Shown piece by piece: positions 33,011 to 43,258 of a stretch of 64,000 nt of DNA (position 1 is the stretch's first letter; each line of letters opens with the position of its first letter). Made by a program: the position numbers and the translations under genes. The notes under the pieces were generated by a model. It was not told where the DNA came from, did not search any database, and worked only from the letters and a program-made list of their open reading frames with translations. This stretch comes from Carpediemonas membranifera BICM (lineage: Eukaryota; Protista; Fornicata): NCBI GenBank assembly GCA_019828565.1, contig JAHDYR010000009.1, positions 248,001-312,000 of the forward strand. Reading direction: 5' to 3'.

Positions 33011-33682
33011 ATGGATGGCAGTGTAATGACACAAAATGCAGAGGAAAGTGAGGAATACGATGTTATTGATGAGAATGATGAGAATGCGGCTCTCAATCGG
33101 CCAGTTGAGAGAATTATTCGCACAAATAGCCCCTCTTCGCTGGCAATTAGAGAAGGTTCCACGAAGAGCATACAGAAATGGCGTGTCAGATGGACTGCGG
33201 AGCTTCATGCATGCTTCAAGAAAGCTGTCCTAAAATACGGCATCAAATCGGCGCAGCCCCGGGTGATCCAGGCCGAGCTGGAGGCCATGGGCGTCACCAA
33301 CATCACCCGCACCAGTGTGGCCAGCCATCTGCAGAAGTTTCGGCAGCAGGCTGTGCTGCTCAACTCCCTTTCGTCCACGTCCCAGCTGACCGACGCCCAC
33401 GGGGCTGTGTTCCCGGACTACGTCGCTGTGACGCCAGCAGTGACCATCAAGCCACGGAACCCCGCACCAGACGCCGCAGCGATCAGGGCCCGTGTCCTGT
33501 CTTGTGTGAGGGACCCCGTGCCCACCGTGAGGGACCCCGATCGGGTGCTGGGGGGCGGGTTCAGAGGATGTGGTGGACCGGACAGTAAAATGTGTTATTA
33601 TGGGGGTTTGCACGGAGTGTGTCGTCAGTCAATGGGCGTCTACATGCATCGATCAAGGTTGGCACTCGCCAGAGGAAGTTGA
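33011..33682 (+). CDS. Myb-like SHAQKYF (GARP) transcription factor
   Basis: RVRWTAELHACFKKAV...TRTSVASHLQKFR. Confidence 0.88.
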   Translation: MDGSVMTQNAEESEEYDVIDENDENAALNRPVERIIRTNSPSSLAIREGSTKSIQKWRVRWTAELHACFKKAVLKYGIKSAQPRVIQAELEAMGVTNITRTSVASHLQKFRQQAVLLNSLSSTSQLTDAHGAVFPDYVAVTPAVTIKPRNPAPDAAAIRARVLSCVRDPVPTVRDPDRVLGGGFRGCGGPDSKMCYYGGLHGVCRQSMGVYMHRSRLALARGS

Positions 33683-33939
33683 TAGTTACAGAACCCGGCC
33701 CGTTCTACCAAAACCTAAATATGCCAGGGATGGAGCGGGCGTCTGATTCTCGAGAAGAATTCCCAAAGCCATGATCATCTAGTCCCTTGAGTCCGGGCCG
33801 AGCCGACTCCCGCAGCGTAGAATTTGGCTTATCGCAGACGTCATCAGCTTTATACATGTGCTACGGTCCGATACCACGGTAGGACTGGGAGACAGACTCT
33901 GGACGATTGTACGCGCAGTTTAGCCGGCCATCACTGGCA

Positions 33940-34267
33940 ATGATCGCGTTTGACGGAGCCGTCGTCGTTTTCATCGGGTTTCTCATCACATTGAACGTGG
34001 CTTTCCTCTTTTCTGCTATTGAGTCGCTTGGTTTCACCAAGATCGTCGCCTTCGTCCAGAGACAGCTTGATAAGGACGTAGCCTTCAGTAAGTACTTCTT
34101 GACAGTTTTACACAGTGCATAAGAACCCAGACTACCGTTATCTCTATACCCCCAGTGATGTCTACAAGCAGGTTGTCGTAGACATCGTTCCCAGCATCAG
34201 CATTTGCCGATCCGATATGCCTCAGCATGAGATGCCGGAGGTGGCTGCCAAGAGCAAGATGGCATGA
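33940..34267 (+). CDS. small membrane hypothetical protein
   Basis: join(33940..34087,34116..34267). A 28-nt intron gtaagt...ttacacag restores the frame. Confidence 0.55.
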
Positions 34268-34484
34268 ATGATGAGAGCATTGACCTCACCCATCGCTTGT
34301 TATAAAGGCTTGTTCGTTCATCCCAGTCCTCTGGTCCCCTGAGGTCAAGAACGCAACGATAAGTGTTGTCCCTACCTGCACACATGCCTTGATCCTCGTG
34401 CAAGCACGGTGCTAGCTTGGATGTGGCCGGATTTGCACCGTCTTTTTCCAGTCCCACAACTTTTGTCTCGCCATCATTCACGGC

Positions 34485-36206
34485 ATGAGTTGGACTGGCG
34501 AGTACTTTGAACAGCTCAGACACGACTATAAGAACCTAATCGCGTTCTACCGCAATGCTGGCGAGTACGCATGCCCCTACGACTTCTAACACAGAGTATG
34601 TGCCACGATCTCTAACAACATCCCTGCTTCAGAGTATCCGGGCCTCGCAAGATTCCTACTCAAGGCATGCGGTGACGAGCCCAGCATGCTAGCGCTTATG
34701 CCTCCACTTCTAGATGCGGAATTCTCATTTGCCAAGAACGACATCACGACTTTCATGCGGGAGCGTTCCCGCCTGCCCAACCGCTTCACCGGCGAGTTCA
34801 TCCTGCATACCAGCAGCGAATTCCTGGTGAACACGCTCCGCCCGTTCGTAACGGACCTGTGCCAGCAGCGGATGCTGACGATGGAGGTCGACTACGATAA
34901 GACCGTAAGCGACCTCGAAAAGAAGCAGGAGCTGCTCATCGAGTACTCCCAGAAGCTCCTGGACCACCTCCTGTCTGACGCGGTCGTCGCGGCCATCCCC
35001 CGCCCCCTCCGCGCCCTGCTCGGCCTGCTCTACAGGACCGCACGGGAGAAATACAGCGAGGAGCAGGCTATACCGCTCATAGGGAACGTCTACATCCTCC
35101 GCTTCCTGAACCCCGGACTGTCTGTGCCCGACTACTACGGCGTCCTCCCGCCCTCGATGACTTGCGGCGTCAGATCCCGTCGGAACCTCGTCCTCATTGC
35201 TAAAATGCTCCAGGCGCTGTCAAACGGCGTGATGTTTGGAGATAAGGAGGACTACATGAAGCCGATGAACCCCTTCATCGAGAAGAACTTCGCCCCCGTC
35301 CGTGCTCACCTGCTCGCCCTCACGGAGGACCCAGAGGGCAAGGACTTCGCGGACATCCTCGACCCCACGCCGCTCGACCTCGAGGACCCCGCGCTGATGA
35401 ACCGCTTCCAGCTCCGGGAGCTCGCCATCGCCCACAGGCTCCTGTCGACCCACGGGGCCAAGCTCAGAGGCCTGCTGGGGGAGAAGTACGCGCCCGTCGC
35501 CGCGCTCGTGGAGATGCTGCCCGAGGCGCCCCGCATTGGGCCCGAACCGTGGTACAACCCGAAGGAGCCGAGGGTGAAGGAGTACCACGTCGTCAAGGTC
35601 AATAAGAAGGGCAAGCGTCAGAACAGGGTGATTAAGCTCACCTTGAACTCCCTGCTCAACATCGACAAGCAGGAGCAGCAGATCAAGAACGAGCTGCTCG
35701 TGTCGGAGATGAGCGCCCTCATGGCGCCCGCCCACACCCCGACGCTCGTCATCGTCCACGGAAACCCGCCGGACATCTCAAAGGACACGCCCGGGTACTT
35801 CCCGCACCGCGACAAGGGCGAGGACGGGCACCCAAGGACGTATGAGTGCACCAACATCAGAATCAGGGACGAGGTCCTCGGCGAGGTGTTCGAGATGATC
35901 TGGGCATACCACGCCAAGCCCGTCCCGGTGGCGTATGACCTCGTCAAGGTCAACAAGTACGGCAAGCGGCAGAACCGGGTGTTCAAGCTGACGCGGGACT
36001 CTGTCATGAACATGCGCGGCTCCCACATTCAGACCGAGACCCACTTCGCCACAGTCGCCGCAGTCCAGGTGGAGGGGTCGACCCTGTACATGACGATCGA
36101 GGGGGAGGACTCGCCCAGGGAGAACATCCTCAAGACGCCCGAGCTCGCGGAGGAGTTGTGCCGCGCAATCAAGGACGGCATGCGGAGGTTCGAGTCGGGG
36201 CGGTAG
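34485..36206 (+). CDS. RasGAP with two C-terminal PH-like repeats
   Basis: join(34485..34564,34595..36206) with a 30-nt intron containing an in-frame stop. TFMRERS, YILRFLNP, LIAKMLQALSN; repeated VKVNK.GKRQNRV.KLT. Confidence 0.9.
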
Positions 36207-36311
36207 TTGCTTAAATGGAATAGACTGGGGTTTGGGGCGATGTTGGGGGAGTTATGGTGGCTCGGTTGTATTTTGACCGATGTTGACTGATTTCGCAGAT
36301 TTAGAATAACG

Positions 36312-37229
36312 ATGAAGTTTTCCAAGCCTACGAAGCGCGCTGGCAAGTATGAGGAGCTTACACACGATCTCCGTGCCATTATAGATGTTCCTGTCAGCGA
36401 TGGTTTCTCGTGCAACATTAGCAAGCTTCTTTCGCCTCATTTTCAAGTAGGGCACTCCATTGGCTTCGGCCAGCGCCAGGCGCCCCCGTCATACATGTTT
36501 AAGCCGATGTATGCCAAGAACAACTTCTCTCTCATGGGCGGCGTGGACCCCAGCGGAAATGTCAGCATGCAGACCAGATACGTCGTCGGTTCCTTCGGCG
36601 CGGTCTCCGCCACAGCGCAAGCCGTGCCCTCCCAGAGGGCGTTCCAGTACGGCGTGGAGGCGGAGGCATACGGCCCAACGACGACTGTCGCCGTGAAGGC
36701 CCACAGCACGCCATTCTTTGGCGCCGGAATGACGCAGGCGATTACTGACAACATCGCCATCGGCGGAGAGGTCCTGCATGTCGTGGCCCGGAAGATGACG
36801 ATCGGAAGCGCCGGTGGCCGCGTTTCCTTCCCTGCGAAGCCTGCCAGCGAACTTCTCGCCAAGTACACCAAGCAGGGCGAGAACCTTCCTCATCCTGCTA
36901 CTCAGAGCCCAGCACTCGGCCAGGTCGTTAGCGTCAACGTCAACAGCATGAAGACTGTTACTGCCGGTTTCGTCCGTCAGCTGTCGGAGCGCTTCACGGC
37001 GGCCGTCGAAGTGGAGGCGAACATCGCGAACAAGAAGATGGTCTCGACTGTGGCGTACGAGGGCCGCTTCCCCGAGGCTGTCGTCAAGGCCTCGGCCAAC
37101 AGTCAAGGCCAGGTGATGTCCAGCGTCAGCCACCAGCTCGCACCCGGGGCGACACTGAGTCTGTCTGCGGGCCTCAGCTTCAAGGACAACGGGTACGTCA
37201 CTGGCATGGGCATCAGCTTCGGGCAATAA
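36312..37229 (+). CDS. TOM40: Tom40 (mitochondrial porin family)
   Basis: N-terminal GKYEEL, LSPHFQVGHSI, amphipathic beta strands, C-terminal GMGISFGQ. Confidence 0.85.
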   Translation: MKFSKPTKRAGKYEELTHDLRAIIDVPVSDGFSCNISKLLSPHFQVGHSIGFGQRQAPPSYMFKPMYAKNNFSLMGGVDPSGNVSMQTRYVVGSFGAVSATAQAVPSQRAFQYGVEAEAYGPTTTVAVKAHSTPFFGAGMTQAITDNIAIGGEVLHVVARKMTIGSAGGRVSFPAKPASELLAKYTKQGENLPHPATQSPALGQVVSVNVNSMKTVTAGFVRQLSERFTAAVEVEANIANKKMVSTVAYEGRFPEAVVKASANSQGQVMSSVSHQLAPGATLSLSAGLSFKDNGYVTGMGISFGQ

Positions 37230-37422
37230 ACCTTGACCTGAACTTGAAGTTATTACTGTTATTAGATTGAGATAGCGATTTGTCAGACCTGGAGGTGTCC
37301 GCCTATCCAAGCTGGACAGCTGTAGACTGGCTATATTGGCAAGGACATGCGATACCATCAATGAGATCTTTTCCAGAGCTTGCGATCCGTCTCATTTCAG
37401 ATTTTTCCGCAGAGTGACGTCG

Positions 37423-40400
37423 ATGCAACCACTTCTAGATTTCCCGAACGAAGTGAGCGTTGGCGATCCACAAAAAGCCAAAGACGACGCCTTATCGGCG
37501 TTTAACACAGAATCCCTCGACGCCTCGTCGTTCGAGGAGAGCCGCCAAGCTGAGCGCGACATGACGCTCTTGCGCACTCTCGCGGCTTCGTGGTTCATAA
37601 TTCGTCATGGATTATCACCTCTTGCGATCCTCCTAGCTTTCCTCTCATTGGTTAGTATCGCGGGCAACATCTTCGGGAACATCATGCGGAACCATGCGTT
37701 CACCGACCTCTCCTGCATATGCTTCGGCACATGCCAGCAACCGCACCACTGGAGCTACTACCTCGCCCGCCTTTTGGCCTGGGACGTCGTGAATATGGTC
37801 ACGAGCCTGTCAACTTTCTCGTGGCTTTGCGGTCGAGAAGTACGCGCCCGTCTCACGCGTCATTCCGTCAAGCAGTTCTACCACAAGGGCGTCCCATATC
37901 GCGTGCTCTCCTCCAACCGACGCATCGACAACGTGGACCAGCGTATCGCGGCCGACATCAAGTCCTTGTCCGCCCTGTTGTTCGGGTCACCCCATCTCGG
38001 CGTGGTTGGACTGCTCACAGAGAAGAACGGCCTCGTAAGCTCCATCGCCCAGGCCGTCGGCTTTGGATACGTCATCATGCAGGCCGAGGGCCTCCCAATC
38101 CTCCTCATCGTCCTGGTGTACTTCGCCGTAACCTCTGTGTTCGCCGTAGTAATAACGCTGCCGCTCTCCCGCCTCACGTACATGCAGGAGAAGCTCGAGG
38201 GCGACCTGCGTCGAGTCCATTCTCGAGTCCGGGAGTTTGCAGAGTCCATTGCCTTCTTCACACCCAGCCCGGCAAGGGAAAAGGACCTGGCCAACGCTAG
38301 TCTGAAAGCCGCGGTCCACAACCAGTCCAGGCTTGTCCGCTGGGGGCTCCCATTCGTCCTCTTCAAGCAGCTCCAGTCGTTTTTGTCCAGCATGCTCCCC
38401 ATCATCATCCTCTTCGCGAAGATGGCCCTGACCAACTGGAAGTGCCTCACATACTCTGAGATCCAGTTCTTCCAGGACACGCTGCCCCTGCTCCTTGTCG
38501 CTCTGTCCAGCCTCCAGGGGCTGCTTGAGCCCGTCGCCACGCTAAGGGGGCTCATGGGCAGGGTCCACACTATGGGAACAACCTCATACGTCGCACGGAG
38601 AGACGTGCGGGCATTGAAACCATCCACGGGCACTGCCGACGCTCTCCGGATGTCTGGAGTGACAGTGTGCACCCCCACCGGTCGGACCCTCATCTCCGGC
38701 CTCGACCTCGAGGTCACCCAGGGCAACTCGATCGTAGTCATGGGCCCCTCCGGGTCTGGCAAGAGCTCGCTGCTGAGGGTTATCGCCGGCCTCTGGCCGC
38801 CGACGAGTGGGAGCATCGAGAAGCCGGCGTCGACTTTCTTTTTGCCCCAGCGGCCCTACTTACCTGTCGGCACGCTCTTAGATCAGCTGACGTATCCGGA
38901 AAAGGGGAAGGGGAAAGATGCCAAGGAGCGGGCGGCGATGGCGCTTCAGCTGTGCGAGCTGGGTCATCTTCTTGAGGACCATCAGCTGGAAGACACTGAG
39001 CCCTGGGCTGACATGCTCTCAGGGGGCGAGCAGCAGCGCCTGGGCTTCGCGCGTCTCTTCTTCCACAACCCGCGCTGGGCCGTGATGGACGAGGCGACGT
39101 CCGCCCTCGACGGCCCCCTCGAGACGCGGCTGCTGACTGAGTGCACCCGCCGCGGCATCACCATGGTCAGCGTCGCACACCGCCCTTCTGTTGCAGAGCA
39201 CCACAAGCTTGTCCTCGAGCTAGACCAGTCTGGCTCCGTCGTCCGTCTCGAGCCTGTCAGCGAACGCTTCGCCCGTGACCCAATCCCCGAGCCCCCTATA
39301 CGTGAGATAATCCGCGAGTCGACCCAACCCGCAGGACCCTTGCCGCCGCTGAAGTCAAGCCTGTCCTGGCCTAACGTGGCCGGCCTGCTCCTCGCCCTGC
39401 TCCCACCCCTCTTCTCGCTTGACACCCTCCTCGTTGCCGTCATGCCTCTCTTCTACCTGGGCCGGAGCACCATCGCTGTGTTCGGCACCAGTCTCGCTGC
39501 CCACTCGGCGGCCATGATGGCTTGTGCGGATAAGCAGACGTACGCCAGTCCAGGTACTTCCCTCGCCTTCGCCAAGAGCATGGGGTCAAGCGTGGTCAAC
39601 GGAGTTAGTGTTGCTGCTCAGATGATCGCGCTGCTGGTGCTGGGCTACAGGACCCGAGGCAGACTCACCGCTCACTTCCACGGCAAGTACTTCAGCAGTA
39701 GCGTGTTCTACAACGTCCAGCGTAGCATTTCAGACGCTGATCAGAGAATCACGGCGGACACTGCAAACATGGCTGACGCCGTCTTCGGTTCCCTCGCACC
39801 ACCGGTCACGGCAATCGTCGACAACGCCATGATGCCCGGCCTCCTCGTAACATTCGCATTCGTTGCTCTCCGTGATGAGCTCTGGATCACTGTTATCCCG
39901 GCACTATGCGCGGTCGCTATGATCGGTGTTTTGATTATCTCCTCCATCCCCAGCGGGGCTGCCACACGCCGACTCGAGAAGGCGGAGGGAGAGCTCAGGT
40001 ACCAGCTCGCACACACCATCGAGCACGCAGAGAGCATTGCTTTCCACAGCGGCGAGAGCCGCGAACGTCTGCTCGCGATCCATCGTCTCGAGCGGGTTCT
40101 CAGGCGCGAGCTCCACCTCATACTGGCCGGGACCGTCTCCCAGTTCGGCGCGTTGTTCGGCAAGAAGGAGCTGGGGCACATGGGCGGTCTCGCGCCCGTC
40201 CCTGTTCTCAAGTATTTGAATTACTCATTTGAGGAAATTTATGCCATTACTCTCTTCACCGAGTTCATCGGCAAGAGCTCCCCCGGGATGATTCTCGACC
40301 TCGTCCAGCGCTTGGCACCCATTCTTGGCTCTTTCACTCGTCTCGCTGAGCTTTCCGGCAACATGAGTCCGACTCCCCCAGCCGTGGTCGAAAAGTCACA

Positions 40401-41082
40401 CCCGGCCGGGTACCAATCAATTGATGACGGTGAAGACAAGGGCAGGCTGGTCATCGAGGACGCCACGATCGCCACCCCCAGCGGGCTGGTACTCGCGTCA
40501 GACCTGAACCTGGTGCTCACCGCCGACAAGCCGCTGCTGATTGAAGGGCCGAGTGGCAGCGGGAAGACATCCATTCTCCGCACTTTAGCCGGGCTCTGGA
40601 AGCCCAGGTCAGGACGCATTGTTCTTCCCAGCGATGCTTCGTTCCTCCCACAGACCTCATACATTTTCCCAGGGTCGTTATCTGAACAAGTGGCTTATCC
40701 TGCGAAAGTTGACATGAAGGACGCGGAGCAGACGAAGACGCTGATCCAGGCCCTTGTGGACGCGGGTCTCGGCTTCCTGCTGGACAGCCACGACATTCAC
40801 TCAGTGGCGCCCTGGGCTGACATGCTCTCAGGGGGCGAGCAGCAGCGCCTGGGCTTCGCGCGTCTCTTCTTCCACAACCCGCGCTGGGCCGTGATGGACG
40901 AGGCGACGTCCGCCCTCGACGGCCCCCTCGAGACGCGGCTGCTGACTGAGTGCACCCGCCGCGGCATCACCATGGTCAGCGTCGCACACCGCCCTTCTGT
41001 TGCAGAGCACCACAAGGTCGCTCTTCAGCTGCGGCGGGACCATACCTTCGCCATCGCCGATATCCGCCCGGTCGAGCAGTAG
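37423..41082 (+). CDS. full-size (TMD-NBD)x2 ABCD-family transporter
   Basis: DNVDQRI and EAA-like EFAESIAF; two Walker A motifs (GPSGSGKS, GPSGSGKT); two LSGGEQQRL...MDEATSALD. Confidence 0.93.
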   Translation: MQPLLDFPNEVSVGDPQKAKDDALSAFNTESLDASSFEESRQAERDMTLLRTLAASWFIIRHGLSPLAILLAFLSLVSIAGNIFGNIMRNHAFTDLSCICFGTCQQPHHWSYYLARLLAWDVVNMVTSLSTFSWLCGREVRARLTRHSVKQFYHKGVPYRVLSSNRRIDNVDQRIAADIKSLSALLFGSPHLGVVGLLTEKNGLVSSIAQAVGFGYVIMQAEGLPILLIVLVYFAVTSVFAVVITLPLSRLTYMQEKLEGDLRRVHSRVREFAESIAFFTPSPAREKDLANASLKAAVHNQSRLVRWGLPFVLFKQLQSFLSSMLPIIILFAKMALTNWKCLTYSEIQFFQDTLPLLLVALSSLQGLLEPVATLRGLMGRVHTMGTTSYVARRDVRALKPSTGTADALRMSGVTVCTPTGRTLISGLDLEVTQGNSIVVMGPSGSGKSSLLRVIAGLWPPTSGSIEKPASTFFLPQRPYLPVGTLLDQLTYPEKGKGKDAKERAAMALQLCELGHLLEDHQLEDTEPWADMLSGGEQQRLGFARLFFHNPRWAVMDEATSALDGPLETRLLTECTRRGITMVSVAHRPSVAEHHKLVLELDQSGSVVRLEPVSERFARDPIPEPPIREIIRESTQPAGPLPPLKSSLSWPNVAGLLLALLPPLFSLDTLLVAVMPLFYLGRSTIAVFGTSLAAHSAAMMACADKQTYASPGTSLAFAKSMGSSVVNGVSVAAQMIALLVLGYRTRGRLTAHFHGKYFSSSVFYNVQRSISDADQRITADTANMADAVFGSLAPPVTAIVDNAMMPGLLVTFAFVALRDELWITVIPALCAVAMIGVLIISSIPSGAATRRLEKAEGELRYQLAHTIEHAESIAFHSGESRERLLAIHRLERVLRRELHLILAGTVSQFGALFGKKELGHMGGLAPVPVLKYLNYSFEEIYAITLFTEFIGKSSPGMILDLVQRLAPILGSFTRLAELSGNMSPTPPAVVEKSHPAGYQSIDDGEDKGRLVIEDATIATPSGLVLASDLNLVLTADKPLLIEGPSGSGKTSILRTLAGLWKPRSGRIVLPSDASFLPQTSYIFPGSLSEQVAYPAKVDMKDAEQTKTLIQALVDAGLGFLLDSHDIHSVAPWADMLSGGEQQRLGFARLFFHNPRWAVMDEATSALDGPLETRLLTECTRRGITMVSVAHRPSVAEHHKVALQLRRDHTFAIADIRPVEQ
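39000..39207 (+). repeat. 208-bp identical internal repeat (second copy 40809-41016)
   Basis: The signature/Walker B/H-loop DNA of the two NBDs matches by eye. Confidence 0.93.
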
Positions 41083-41192
41083 GGCAGTTATAAATGTATT
41101 GTATGGGGTTGATCGGCGATGTGACTCAGTCAGTTGTCCAATCCTCGTGCTGTCATTTTTGGTCCTTAACCTGCTTGTTGACACGCCTTCGA

Positions 41193-42435
41193 ATGGGCCA
41201 GTCAGAAACCCCGATAGACGAACTAAGAGTGATTGAAGAAATAGGAAGAGGTGCATATGGCACTGTCAGTATGTTTATTCCACGCCCAGCTCGCTACTTA
41301 CCAAGAACTAGTGGAAACCCCCGATGAACAGCAATACGTCCTCAAGGAAGTTAATCTCGAGGGCCTAAGCCCGGTAGAAGTCGCAGGCGTGCTTCTTGAG
41401 GAGAAACTAAGCCGCTCAGCCATCCTGAACCATCAAAACTTGACTCGCTGCGTTAACACCGACGTGAAAGGCAACACGCTCTGCTTTCTCCAAGAATACG
41501 CAGACCTCGGTGACCTAGCCCAGTTGATCGAGCGCAAGAAGCAGGTTGGCCAGATCTTCACGGAGATCGAAGTCCTCGACGTGGCCTCGCAGGTCGCAGC
41601 CGGTCTGGCCCACCTTCACGCACACGACATCATCCACCGCGACATCAAGCCTGCCAATGTCCTATTGTTCAGCCAGGATGTCCCAATCAACGGTGTCGGC
41701 TTGACTGCGAAGATCTGCGACTTTGGTGTGTGCCACAAGAAGGAGAAGGAGAAGGGGAGCAACGAGGGCTGGCCAACAGTATGCATCGGCACGCCGCACT
41801 ACCAGTCCCCGGAGATGATCAGCGGCGAGCCAGTGGGCCCGAAGTCAGACATATGGGCCCTGGGCGCATTGATGTTCGAGATGTGCAACCTGAAACCACC
41901 CTTCGACTCGAGCAACAAGTCCGCCATCGCTCTCATGGCCAACATCATGGACGGCAAGCACCGAGTGGTGTCCACGAAGTATTCCAAGTGGATGCGGCAC
42001 ATCATCCTCGACCTCATGCTCAACCCTGACCCCGCCAAGCGCCCCACAGCACACAGCTTCGCGGAGAGCATGGCTAAGCGTAGAGACGACCTGCTCTCCC
42101 GGCGACACACGCCGACTCAGGCCCGGCAGGTCCGGCCAAGGAGTGCAGGGCCGGTGAAGGTTGGCGGGGCAGGGCCGGTGGGGCTCCGGCAAGGGGCGGG
42201 TGAGAAGAGGGCTGAGAGCAAGCCCGAGCACCGCAGCCACAGGCCGGTGAACGTACCCCCGAGCGGGAGTCGGACTGACAGGCCCCGGGAGCGGCGGACC
42301 AAGTCGAACGTCGCAGAGTTTATTGCCCGGCAGAGGTCCGTGAGCCAGGCATCGCTGCATGAGGACATCGGCGTGAGCATCTTCACTACCATCCCGGAGG
42401 ATGTGCTCGAGGCCATGGAGAGTGAGAACGGGTGA
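41193..42435 (+). CDS. NEK-family Ser/Thr kinase
   Basis: join(41193..41268,41306..42435) with a 37-nt intron. GRGAYG, VLKEV, HRDIKPANV, DFG, GTPHYQSPE, KSDIWALG. Confidence 0.92.
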
Positions 42436-43258
42436 GGACGGTGTGTTGATCATGGACGGGCGTTGACATGGTTGAAGTTACTCATATTGGTGGATAATAA
42501 TAAAGGTAATGCTGACCCACTTTTTATTATTGGCGCTGATCCTCAGTCAACATGGGTTCGAGGTCATTTGATCCAATCCGCCACAAGCCACACCCATGGA
42601 CCTCGCTGTGAGTTGGCCTGACTTGAATGTGAATGCCGCACTTGCAAATAAGTGTTCAATGTCGACCGTGATCAAGATGGCCTCACCGAGTTCGGCGCCA
42701 CTGAATTCGGATGACACTCAGCCAGAGGCTGTAAGTGGGGCAATAGCCTTAGATACGTCTAAAACAAAGATTGATGTGGTCATCTTTCATTCTGACACTC
42801 CGATGGGTCTACCCACAGTCGATATAGACAGACTAGACTCGACTTGACTCGAGCCAACACCCCGCCACCATGAACAAGCCCTTCATCTCACCACTTGTGA
42901 GTTCATTCATCCATGAGTCTCAAGATGCGTGAACTCATTCCAATGAAATCAGGGGTTGACTATACTCCAACCTCATGAATTCAGCGCTGGCTATTCAAAT
43001 GTTCTGACCGAGTCAGCCTCGTCTTCTGGCAAGCCGTGGCTCTGACTGCACACTTGTTCCAGGATAGGGCCCGAGCTGGTCGACCATGGGCATGGGTTTG
43101 TTTCCTTTCCATGCGACCAAGCGGCTCTGACAGAAGAGCAGCATTGTCAGTCACGCATGTGCTTCATTGCTTCACGCATCTGCGTCCAGTTGCCCTGGCT
43201 CGAACTTCACCCCCGACAGGATGACGGCCTCATTTCGAGCAAATTCTCGAACCCGATA

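Noticed and set aside
42496-42531. AT-rich 9-bp inverted repeat after the NEK gene
   Set aside because: Low complexity and overlapping a likely poly(A) signal; no other support.
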